From Mariniblastus sp. (GTDB lineage Bacteria > Planctomycetota > Planctomycetia > Pirellulales > Pirellulaceae), in NCBI GenBank assembly GCA_031400405.1, contig JANNPW010000050.1:20646-84645 (forward strand): DNA of 64,000 nt, read 5' to 3'. The translations under genes and the position numbers were made by a program. Position 1 is the first letter of the stretch. Each line of letters starts with the position of its first letter. A model generated the notes under the pieces. It was not told the origin of the DNA. It searched no databases and saw only the letters and a list, made by a program, of their open reading frames with translations. Below, in pieces: positions 51,064 through 59,860 of this stretch.

Positions 51064-51618
51064 TTATCGAATGGGAGCTGTCACGGTCCCCCGTTCAACA
51101 TTGGTGCGCAGGTCATTGGCTCGATCAAGGAGTTGATTTTCCTGAACTTGGGTTCGCGGCTCCATTTGAAAATCCAACACCCGCTCGTCCCGAATTTCTC
51201 GCAATGCCAGATTGTTCGAAAAGAAACTGAGCGGGAAAGTATCATACCACTTGGGTCGAATCCGTTCGCGCACTTTGATGGTCTTAAAGCCATCTTTTTC
51301 CAATTGAATCTCACGAGTTCCGGCATACGTGTAAGGTACTGGAACCGGCGTTCGTCCGACTGATTGATTATCAATGGTGACCAAGGCGCCCTCGGGTTGA
51401 CTTCGGACAATCAGGCGGCGTTGCACGCAACCGGTGAAGCCAAGGGTGATTAAAACGGTTATTAGTAGCAGCAGCGGGTCAGAAGTCCTGCGGCCGCTGG
51501 CGAGAAAAAGCGGAAGGCGCGCGACTTTCCAAACTCGCTCCGAACCACGAACACCATCCCGACGGGGCAACCCGCGTTTTCCTGTGGATTTTGTGGTGTT
51601 TGTTTTTTTTGGACTCAT
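51064..51618 (-). CDS. PEGA-domain putative lipoprotein
   Basis: LGFTGC lipobox-like, then RRLIVRSQPEGALVTIDNQSVGRTPV…IQLEKDGF; start uncertain. Confidence 0.7.
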   Translation of the reverse strand: MSPKKTNTTKSTGKRGLPRRDGVRGSERVWKVARLPLFLASGRRTSDPLLLLITVLITLGFTGCVQRRLIVRSQPEGALVTIDNQSVGRTPVPVPYTYAGTREIQLEKDGFKTIKVRERIRPKWYDTFPLSFFSNNLALREIRDERVLDFQMEPRTQVQENQLLDRANDLRTNVERGTVTAPIR

Positions 51619-51869
51619 GGCTCGGCGAATACAATCAATATCAACAATTATCTTGAAAATCATCAGGCAAACCGGCTTTTTAGACCGCTTCCATCCGATA
51701 TTTGGTTGGGGAGTCTACCGAGCCGACGGGACTGCGACCAGATCGGTTTGGCACATCCCAGTTCTTTGCTGGGCAGGTTCTGGTTAAGATAAACTCTTTG
51801 GCGTTGCCAGTACTAAATTGCTACCACAATCCCGCAAAGTCTCGATTTTTAGAAACAAGCTTCTCAACG

Positions 51870-53168
51870 ATGAGTGAAAGCCAGATCAATTGGACCGACC
51901 GACTGCAAGTCGCTTCGTTTAGCGACGTGGGGATGCGGCGGGCAACGAATCAGGACAATTTTTCGGTCTCGTTGGCTAACAGTGTAGAACATTATCAGCG
52001 TAAGGGCCATTTATTTATTGTCGCCGATGGGATGGGCGCCCATGCTGCCGGTGAGCTGGCTAGCAAGTTGGCAATCGATCATATCCCGCACCTCTATAAC
52101 AAATATTTCAACTCCTCGGCCCCCGAAGAGCTTAGGAAAGCGGTCAACGACGCGAATGCGGAGATTCATCGTCGCGGTCAAGCGAACGAAGAGTTTTATA
52201 ATATGGGGACGACTTGCAGCGTGCTGACGTTGTTACCCCAAGGCGCGGTGGTCGCCCACATTGGCGATAGTCGCGTTTACCGGTTGACACAAAATCGACT
52301 TGAACAATTGACGTTTGATCATAGTTTGGTTTGGGAGATGAAGGCCGCCGGACAGTTGACGGCTGAAGAAGAAAAATCGGGCAAGATACCAAAAAATGTG
52401 ATTACGCGATCACTGGGTCCCTATTCTGAGTGCAAAGTCGATTTGGAGGGTCCGTTTCCCATCCAGGTTGGCGATACATTTTTGCTGTGCAGCGACGGAC
52501 TAACGGGCGTGATTTCCGACGCTGAAATCGCTGCTATTTTGGCGAACATGGTCCCCGACGAAGCGGTGCAAGTGCTCGTGGATTTAGCGAACTTGCGCGG
52601 TGGACCGGACAATATTACCGTGATCATTGTCAAGGTAAACCATCCACAACTGGCAACTGACGGTAGTTTGAGACCGACACGGGCAAACGCGACCGCTGCC
52701 AATCGAGTCATCGCGCCGGTCTGGTGGGTGGTTCTGGCTGCCGCAACTGCATTTGCGGGGTTTTTTTTGTACGCCAACTTGGGCTGGCAAATCACCATGT
52801 TGCCGGCGGTTGTCGCAATCGCCAGCGGTATCTATATCGCCGTCCGTTTGATCGTGGCCAGCAATGTGGATGAACGCGTCGTTGAACACAAGCGGTTGGG
52901 CAAAGGGCCGTACATCAGAATCGGTTGTCCACCAGGCTTGCAATTTTCTAAACAATTGGCCGATACGCTCAAGCAATTGCAAAAGGGTGCTGTCGACCAA
53001 AATTGGCGCGTGGATTGGGAGCAGTGGAAATCAATGATTGCGATTGCCGAAACTGCTGTCAAAGCGAAAGACTATGCCAGTTCGATTCGCGCTTATGGTC
53101 GCGCGATATGCTTCTTGATGGACCAATTGCGAAATCAAGCTGCCAACAGTTCGTCGATCGATCTTTAG
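51870..53168 (+). CDS. PP2C/PrpC-family Ser/Thr phosphatase with two C-terminal TM helices
   Basis: SDVGMRRATNQD, VADGMG, MGTT, HIGDSRVY, DHSLV, NVITRSLG, LLCSDGL, GGPDNITV; start placed at MSESQ. Confidence 0.92.
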   Translation: MSESQINWTDRLQVASFSDVGMRRATNQDNFSVSLANSVEHYQRKGHLFIVADGMGAHAAGELASKLAIDHIPHLYNKYFNSSAPEELRKAVNDANAEIHRRGQANEEFYNMGTTCSVLTLLPQGAVVAHIGDSRVYRLTQNRLEQLTFDHSLVWEMKAAGQLTAEEEKSGKIPKNVITRSLGPYSECKVDLEGPFPIQVGDTFLLCSDGLTGVISDAEIAAILANMVPDEAVQVLVDLANLRGGPDNITVIIVKVNHPQLATDGSLRPTRANATAANRVIAPVWWVVLAAATAFAGFFLYANLGWQITMLPAVVAIASGIYIAVRLIVASNVDERVVEHKRLGKGPYIRIGCPPGLQFSKQLADTLKQLQKGAVDQNWRVDWEQWKSMIAIAETAVKAKDYASSIRAYGRAICFLMDQLRNQAANSSSIDL

Positions 53169-53352
53169 TTTGCTGCCAAAACCACGGGGCATTCGCGCGG
53201 TTCTCCCCGAGATCTGGATCGTCAGTGGGTTTGCTATCATTTTGGGAACCTGACATTGCCCTTGGCTGGCCAACCATGTAATTTTTGCACGCCTTCAAAC
53301 CGGTTGGAGGGCGTCACTCAAATTCCATTGGCACAGCGGCGAGGAGTCGGTC

Positions 53353-54969
53353 TTGTTTTCACTGCGACGAATTCGATCCCAGATGTACTTCGGCGTCATC
53401 ATGTTGATGGTGATCGTGGTGGTATTGTCTGCGGCCAGTCTGCAGGGCGTGTTGAAATTTCGTAAACTGACCAAGAGTATTCGTGAGCGATCCACCGAAC
53501 TCCCTGCTGCGGCAATGCTGGGGCAGGAGGTCAGCGAATTGCGTTCGCAATTATGGCAATTGAGCCAGCCCGAGACCAGCAGCGAGATAGCCTCCGTCGA
53601 GAGCAGTCTCCGACAACTTACTGTCAAAACTAAATTGCGTTCTGTCGAACAGGCGCTCGATCGATATCGGTTCATTCTGGAGAACGGTGAAATTCGCGAT
53701 TCGCGAATTGCGCAGAACGACGAAGAATTAAGTTTCGTGGCAGAGTTTCGCCAGGGACTCGATCGTATTACCAAAATCATTGACGAAAAACGCCTGGATG
53801 ATTGGGCATTCCGACCGAGCCAGATTTTCAATCCCTTGGAAAACGAACTGTCCAACCTGCAACAATTGGCCACCGATTTGCCGGTCTTTATGCAGTCTCG
53901 AATGGAACAGTTTTCACAGGACGCTCGTACCGAGTACCATGCCTGGATGTCGATTAGCGTCGTGTTGGGAGTCATGGCGGTAGCGATCATTGGCTATATG
54001 ATGCTCCGCTTCCGTGATCGCATCACTCGTCCGCTCGAATCGCTGGTGGCCGGTTCACGCCAGGTTGCCGCGGGGAATTATGATTTTCGGATTGAGCTGA
54101 ATAAGGACGACGAAGTCGCCGAACTGGCGGACGCCCTGAATGCGATGACCGCCAATTTCCAAGCGATCAAGTCGGATTTGAATCAACAAGTCCAGCAGCG
54201 AACCAAGGAAGTTGTCCGCAGTGAAAAAATGGCGAGCGTCGGTTTTCTGGCAGCTGGCGTGGCCCATGAAATCAATAATCCCCTCGCTACCATCGCCTGG
54301 TCGGCGGAGTCGCTGGAAATGCGATTGTTGGACATCCTGGCGGCTGCAGGCATTGTGGGGGCGAATGATCAGTCTCCCGATGTCGCTGAAATGCTCAAAT
54401 ACCTGCGTCGAATTCAAGATGAAGCATTTCGCTGTAAGGGCATCACAGCCGGGTTGTTGGATTTTTCCCGCATGGGAGATGTGAAAAAAACCGCGACTCC
54501 TTTGGCAGAAGTCATCGAATCGGTCATCGATATGGTCCGGCCGCTCAGTAAGTATCGCGATCGCCAGATCCATTTTCTGGCCGAGCCCGGCATTGCGTGT
54601 CTTTGCAACGCCCAGGAAATGAAACAGGTCGCCCTCAATCTGATCACCAATGCCTTGGGCAGTGTTGATCCCGGTGGTTCCGTTTCGATCGGCCTGAAAC
54701 GGACGGGTGAGACCGCCGAATTTCGAGTCGTCGACAATGGCTGCGGCATGAATGAAGAAACCATGAAACACTTGTTCGAGCCATTCTTTACCCGTCGACG
54801 AGACGGTCAGGGAACAGGTCTCGGACTATCCATTACGTATCAAATCATCGAAGAACATGGCGGCCAGATTATTCCGTACAGTGACGGACCTGGCCACGGT
54901 TCGACGTTTATTGTCAGCTTGCCCTTGGTGAAAAATGAATCTACCCACAACACAAAAGTCGCCGCCTAA
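53353..54969 (+). CDS. HAMP-domain sensor histidine kinase
   Basis: 2 TM, HAMP (RPLESL…DEVAELADALNAM), AGVAHEINNPL H-box, QVALNLITNA, DNGCGM, FEPFFT, GTGLGLSI. Confidence 0.93.
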   Translation: MFSLRRIRSQMYFGVIMLMVIVVVLSAASLQGVLKFRKLTKSIRERSTELPAAAMLGQEVSELRSQLWQLSQPETSSEIASVESSLRQLTVKTKLRSVEQALDRYRFILENGEIRDSRIAQNDEELSFVAEFRQGLDRITKIIDEKRLDDWAFRPSQIFNPLENELSNLQQLATDLPVFMQSRMEQFSQDARTEYHAWMSISVVLGVMAVAIIGYMMLRFRDRITRPLESLVAGSRQVAAGNYDFRIELNKDDEVAELADALNAMTANFQAIKSDLNQQVQQRTKEVVRSEKMASVGFLAAGVAHEINNPLATIAWSAESLEMRLLDILAAAGIVGANDQSPDVAEMLKYLRRIQDEAFRCKGITAGLLDFSRMGDVKKTATPLAEVIESVIDMVRPLSKYRDRQIHFLAEPGIACLCNAQEMKQVALNLITNALGSVDPGGSVSIGLKRTGETAEFRVVDNGCGMNEETMKHLFEPFFTRRRDGQGTGLGLSITYQIIEEHGGQIIPYSDGPGHGSTFIVSLPLVKNESTHNTKVAA

Positions 54970-56341
54970 TTCCGTGTCGCTGAAGGTACTATTTGCGGAT
55001 GACGAAGTTCATTTGCAGGAACTCATTTCTGCCGAGCTTCCCCGGATGGGGCACACCGTTACCGTTTGCCCAGATGGATTGACAGCCGCCACAGCGCTGG
55101 AAGAAGACGACTTTGATTGTCTGATTGTCGATCTCGATATGCCCGGCTTGAACGGTATTGATGTGATCGCCAAAGCAAAGCAGCTTGCCCCCACGATCGA
55201 AGCGATCGTGTTGACCGGAAAAGGTTCGACGGACACCGCTATTTCTGCCTTGCGACTGGGTGCATTTGAGTATCTACAAAAGCCTTGCAAGTTGGTTGAT
55301 CTTAAAATTCTGTTGCAGCGAGTGGCAGTTCGACGAGAATTGACCAATCAGATTTACGCGTTGAAACTGCGACTCGATCGAGTTGAAGGCCAGCCGACCA
55401 TGATCGGCGACCACCGCAATATGCAGCGGGTACGGGCTCTGATTGAAAAAGTAGCCCCGACAAACTCGACCGTGATGATCCTCGGTGAAACCGGCACCGG
55501 TAAGGAACTGGCCGCCCGCGCCGTCCACGAACAAAGCCCGCGCGCCAATAAGCCTTTCGTGGCGATCAACTGTGGCGCGCTGCCAGAAAATTTGATTGAA
55601 AGTGAATTGTTTGGCCATCGCAAAGGAGCCTTCACCGGTGCCGATGAACATCGACAGGGCCTGTTTGAAGTCGCCAATGGCGGGACGTTGTTTCTCGATG
55701 AGATTGGCGAGCTCCCGCGTGGTACTCAATCGAGTTTGTTACGAGTGCTGGAAAGCGGCGAAATTCGGCGCGTCGGCGATAACCAACCCTTCAAGGTTGA
55801 TGTACGAATCGTCTGTGCTACGCATCGGGATTTGAATCGCATGGTCGAGACCGGTGAGTTTCGACAAGACTTGATGTACCGCATCAACACGTTTGAAATC
55901 TGTTTGCCACCACTGCGCGAGCGGGTCGAGGACATTCCACATCTGGCCCAACACTTGTTGGCTCGACATTGTCCGAATGTAAACACAGATCCGCACGCCT
56001 TGCTGCGATATTTCGAAGCATCGGCGATCAAACTGCTCCAAGCCCATTCGTGGCCAGGAAATATTCGCGAGCTCGCTAACGTGGTCGAACATGCCTCGAT
56101 TATTTCGAATCGGATGCCGATCACGGTCAACGATTTACCCAGTCACCTGACTCGGTCGGCCTCTACGTTACGTCCGACCAATTCGTCCGGACAATCCTTG
56201 CGAGAGCTGGAAATGCAAACCATTTATGCGACGTTGGACCGATTGAATGGAAACAAGACCGCCACCGCTCAACAGTTGGGAATCAGTTTGAAAACACTGT
56301 ACAACAAACTGAGTAGCGAACCGATCAGAAAAGCCGGATAG
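54935..56341 (+). CDS. Sigma54-dependent response regulator (NtrC family)
   Basis: FADDE, IVDLDMPG receiver; [39 protein letters not shown]; LGISLKTLYNKL HTH; overlaps the kinase 3' end. Confidence 0.94.
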   Translation: MNLPTTQKSPPNSVSLKVLFADDEVHLQELISAELPRMGHTVTVCPDGLTAATALEEDDFDCLIVDLDMPGLNGIDVIAKAKQLAPTIEAIVLTGKGSTDTAISALRLGAFEYLQKPCKLVDLKILLQRVAVRRELTNQIYALKLRLDRVEGQPTMIGDHRNMQRVRALIEKVAPTNSTVMILGETGTGKELAARAVHEQSPRANKPFVAINCGALPENLIESELFGHRKGAFTGADEHRQGLFEVANGGTLFLDEIGELPRGTQSSLLRVLESGEIRRVGDNQPFKVDVRIVCATHRDLNRMVETGEFRQDLMYRINTFEICLPPLRERVEDIPHLAQHLLARHCPNVNTDPHALLRYFEASAIKLLQAHSWPGNIRELANVVEHASIISNRMPITVNDLPSHLTRSASTLRPTNSSGQSLRELEMQTIYATLDRLNGNKTATAQQLGISLKTLYNKLSSEPIRKAG

Positions 56342-56342
56342 A

Positions 56343-56452
56343 GTGGGATAGGCTTCCAGCCCTTTGCTGGTGGGATAGGCTTCCAGCCCTTTGCTGGTGG
56401 GATAGGCTTCCAGCCTGTCATTTTATCAAGTCAGGCTGGAAGCCTAACCCAC
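56343..56452. repeat. REP-like palindrome with two tandem 27-bp partial copies
   Basis: gtgggataggcttccagccctttgctg x2 (56343-56369, 56370-56396), then 21-bp arm gtgggataggcttccagcctg (56397-56417) pairing with caggctggaagcctaacccac (56432-56452, one mismatch). Confidence 0.85.
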
Positions 56453-56454
56453 AT

Positions 56455-57702
56455 TCAATACAACATAAACTCTCGAAACTCGCCCCGCATGCAATGGTTG
56501 GACGCCATGGACGAAGAATACGCACCAGCATTAAGCAGGCACAGCACGTCATCTTCGGCCAGCGCTGGCAACTCGAGGTCACGGTACCAAATATCCAAGG
56601 CCTCGTTGATATGGCCGGCAATGGTGTAGCGTTGCGTTGGGCCGCTGCGGCGAACTGCGGGAACAGGTTGAAACGGCAAGCCATAAACAACCGGTTCGCA
56701 AGCGATATTGAATCCACCGTTGACGCCGACAAAAACTTTGTCTCGTTTGCGTTCTACCGATCCAACGGTCAATAGGAGAATTCCGGCATCTTTGGCGATG
56801 TAGTCCCCCGGTTCAACTTCCACCGTCAAGTTGGGTCGGTCGAAAAAATGGGACCGGACAATTTCTCCCCACTGATTCAAATCCAGCGGTTGATCGGATT
56901 CCAAATGCGGCACGCCAAGGCCTCCGCCGATATTGACATTGCGCAAACCAGGAACTTGATCCAGAAACCAGCGGCATTCCCCGAGCACCTTGCTCCAAGT
57001 TTCCAATTGGGGCGTCAAATATCCGCAGCCCGTATGAAAATGGATCGTCTCCACAATCAACCCCAACCGGTCGGCTAAAGCCAGGGCCTCATGAAACTGT
57101 TCTCGATAGACTCCAAACTTGGTCGTGTCCTGTCCGGCGTACTGTAGTTTTTCATTGTGGGCCCGACTGATTCCGCAAGCGGGATTGATGCGAATTCCAA
57201 TGCGGGAACCAGGCCGGCGTTTTCCCCATTCGCCGATCGCATGTTGTGAATCGAAGTTGACCCGCAAATTGTCGATACGACTCAAGCGGTCAAAATCCTG
57301 CCGTGACAAACTGGTATTGGTAAAGGTAATCTCTTCGGGGGCAAAACCACAACTGAGCGCGTGTTCAACTTCGTTCGGAGAACAGGCATCGATTCCGGTC
57401 AGCCCGGTTTGTTTCAAGAAACTCAATAACGGAGCAAACCGGTTGGCTTTCATCGCATAATTAATGCGCGATCGCCCCTGAAAACCAGACTGGTCCAAAG
57501 CCGCCTGCAATCGTTGAATATTCTGTAAGACCCGCGCGGGACTGTAGAAAAACGACGGCGTGCCAAATTGCCGAGCGAGACCGTTAACGTCTCGCCCGGC
57601 AAATTTTAAGTTCGCTCCATTCCAGTCCAAATCAGGCCGCGACCACCAATCGACTGTCGAACGTGCTTCGCGAGCCAAATCCAGGATCGCTGGGGAGTTC
57701 AT
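56455..57702 (-). CDS. Group IV PLP-dependent decarboxylase-family protein (LysA/ODC fold), divergent active site
   Basis: FGTPSFFY, YAMKAN (PLP Lys), DACSPNE, GIRINP, TKFG, HFHTG, NIGGG, EPGDY, AGHINEALD, NAGAYSSSM; start MNSPA overlaps the SET stop (ATGA), so ORF-track 57960 is too long. Confidence 0.88.
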   Translation of the reverse strand: MNSPAILDLAREARSTVDWWSRPDLDWNGANLKFAGRDVNGLARQFGTPSFFYSPARVLQNIQRLQAALDQSGFQGRSRINYAMKANRFAPLLSFLKQTGLTGIDACSPNEVEHALSCGFAPEEITFTNTSLSRQDFDRLSRIDNLRVNFDSQHAIGEWGKRRPGSRIGIRINPACGISRAHNEKLQYAGQDTTKFGVYREQFHEALALADRLGLIVETIHFHTGCGYLTPQLETWSKVLGECRWFLDQVPGLRNVNIGGGLGVPHLESDQPLDLNQWGEIVRSHFFDRPNLTVEVEPGDYIAKDAGILLLTVGSVERKRDKVFVGVNGGFNIACEPVVYGLPFQPVPAVRRSGPTQRYTIAGHINEALDIWYRDLELPALAEDDVLCLLNAGAYSSSMASNHCMRGEFREFMLY

Positions 57703-58175
57703 GCGACAACTCGGCGAAGCTGACAAAACTGCTGGTAGGCAGGATCGGCTACCGCCGGCTCCTCTGCTTTCCCGGTAATCCAGCCTCGACATTGGATTGA
57801 ACCGCATTGACACGGAAACTGTTTGTACAACACGTCTTCCGTTTGCGCGTAGTCCATCAACAGATGCTCGTTGGGACGAATCGGACGGATCGCGTAAACC
57901 AACATGTTTTGCATGTCGAGGTGCACGTTGGGATCGCAGGAATGCAGGAAATAGCCACAAAAGTTCAAATCAACCAGATGCACACTTGGCTCGATCTGAA
58001 GGCTATGTTGTGTCATTTCAGTGACAATTTCGCCAGCGAGTGCTGCGACAATGTCGCCCGGTTCGAAGGACCGGTAGGTAATCACGCCCAGACCCGAAGA
58101 ATGGTCGCGTTTGACAACTTTGAAATCGTAATGTGAGGGATAAAGAGGGTTGTGTCCGTAACACTCTGGATACAT
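57699..58175 (-). CDS. Stand-alone SET-domain protein with post-SET motif
   Basis: SGLGVITYRSF (GxG motif I), FLHSCDPN (NHSCxPN variant), EHLLMDY, post-SET CQCGSIQCRG; AGGAGA RBS upstream. Confidence 0.88.
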   Translation of the reverse strand: MYPECYGHNPLYPSHYDFKVVKRDHSSGLGVITYRSFEPGDIVAALAGEIVTEMTQHSLQIEPSVHLVDLNFCGYFLHSCDPNVHLDMQNMLVYAIRPIRPNEHLLMDYAQTEDVLYKQFPCQCGSIQCRGWITGKAEEPAVADPAYQQFCQLRRVVA

Positions 58176-58531
58176 CTCGGGGAGCTCTCCTATTGGAATT
58201 TAAACCCGTAACAACGACGCCGATTGTTGATTGGGCGAACTGGCAACACTGCCACGTCTAAAAACCTCATCAACGCTCAAACATCGCCAAACAAACAACG
58301 AAACAGTCGGCTGGTCTCCTCTAACCAACCCAATACTCACAAACGGTACCGTGACTGTTAAGCCATCTTTCCGGGCGATCCTGTGGAGTTTCGATCCCTT
58401 CTTTCCGGTCATTAACTTGGAAAATTTCCGCTAGGAACGATATCAAGCTTTCGGATGAAAGAAAAGAGCGAATTTGCCCAAATCGCCAAAATTTTGGAAA
58501 TCGGTTTTTCGTGCATTCCAATAACCCGCAG

Positions 58532-59716
58532 TTAAGATCGGATTTTCGCTTGCAATAGGCTGATTCCGAAACTGAGCAAGTCCTCGTTTTGCAGAAAATA
58601 TTTTTGCACCACTGCCAATTGATCCGGCGTTTCCGCCAGTTGGAAAATTTGTGGTGCGATTCCCAACGGTTCGTGTTTCCCCAACAGCTGCTCGGTCAGC
58701 ACGGCGATCGCGGCGTCGGTACGGCCGACCCGCATCAGGAAGTCGGCCAGCGTTTCAAACGCCACCCCGCCAAACCGCTCGGGGTCCACGGAATGGCATT
58801 TGGCGGTGAAGTGTTGGATGGCTGCCGGTGTATCGTGACCCAACAATCCAGCATAAAAAAACTGATGATCCGGATACGTCTGTTCAAATGGAGCGGGACT
58901 GGCGTATTGGAAATCGGCGTGCAGGCGGCTGCCATAATTCGCCAATTCCAAAGCGCGCCGCAAGTCGTCAATTTCATCGACCACCCGCGCGATCCGCATC
59001 ACCGACGCAAGGTGGGTGGCATCGATATGATGGGCTCCCCCTTCAATCAGCCACGGGTGCTCGGTCAACAGGCCCGCCAAACTCGTTGAGGCGGCTGTTG
59101 ATTTTTCGTTTCTTTCGATCAGGCGATGCAAATTAGCACACAATTCCCGATATAAATGCCGCAACAACAATTCAGCCATGCCCTTTTGAGTCGGTTGGTC
59201 AAACCGCATTCCCTGCGTATCGATGGTCGTGATTGCGTTGCAGGTTCCGTAGTGTTCCATCAACAATCCGAATCCGTAGACCGGCGCCGCACCCTGCGAA
59301 ACGGCAATTTCTATAACCGTTCCGATGTTTTCACTAGTCACCGGAATTTCGCGAATCACCTTTTCGATCAGCGCGCGATTTCCCACCGGTTGCAAGTACA
59401 TCCAACCTTGTTCCAGCTGGCCATTTTCGATCAACAGCGTCCCAACTTCGGTACAAGCAGCCAACAGAGCATCTTCCAGCTGACGTTGGCGTTCCTCGTC
59501 CAGCTCATCCGACCGAGTGCCATAAATCAACGGCAATCCCAGCCGATGCCGACATTGCATTTTGAGGACTTCGAACAACTGAAAAAATTTCTTGTCTGCC
59601 CGAAACCGTTGCTCCAAAAAAATCAACGACGCCTCAACTCCCTCGTGCTGGGCAATGTGCACCAGTTCGTCAAAGTCATTTGCACCGAACTCAGAGGGAG
59701 GTATGTCAGTTTTCAT
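58532..59716 (-). CDS. Hypothetical alpha-helical protein
   Basis: 394-aa open frame with helical/TPR-like character; no motif recognised. Confidence 0.7.
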   Translation of the reverse strand: MKTDIPPSEFGANDFDELVHIAQHEGVEASLIFLEQRFRADKKFFQLFEVLKMQCRHRLGLPLIYGTRSDELDEERQRQLEDALLAACTEVGTLLIENGQLEQGWMYLQPVGNRALIEKVIREIPVTSENIGTVIEIAVSQGAAPVYGFGLLMEHYGTCNAITTIDTQGMRFDQPTQKGMAELLLRHLYRELCANLHRLIERNEKSTAASTSLAGLLTEHPWLIEGGAHHIDATHLASVMRIARVVDEIDDLRRALELANYGSRLHADFQYASPAPFEQTYPDHQFFYAGLLGHDTPAAIQHFTAKCHSVDPERFGGVAFETLADFLMRVGRTDAAIAVLTEQLLGKHEPLGIAPQIFQLAETPDQLAVVQKYFLQNEDLLSFGISLLQAKIRS

Positions 59717-59860
59717 GGAGCACAGGCCAGCCGGTTGCGGTTGATCCAGTGATGATTGGACCGTGGAACGTCGTGTTAGAATCGATTGAAATTTCTTGTT
59801 TGCTTAAGGAGCTGTTGAAAAAGTCATGCGATTGCGCAGACTCGGTGCTCGAGGGAGGGT

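Noticed and set aside
51702-51869. ORF-track 5' extension of the PP2C gene
   Set aside because: No recognisable similarity before MSESQ; it is probably the divergent promoter region.
56343-56452. Mini CRISPR array
   Set aside because: The inter-repeat segments are 8 nt and identical, the third copy forms a long hairpin, and no cas genes are present.
57703-57960. ORF-track N-terminal extension of the decarboxylase (501 aa)
   Set aside because: It overlaps the SET gene in another frame; the ATGA-coupled start at 57702 is more plausible.
58176-58531. Lysine or c-di-GMP riboswitch, or CsrA-site array, in the SET leader
   Set aside because: AGAGGAGAC and GGAAAG fragments resemble riboswitch openings, but I could not build the required stems, and the distance to the start codon is too short for a lysine riboswitch; the GGA count is about what chance predicts.
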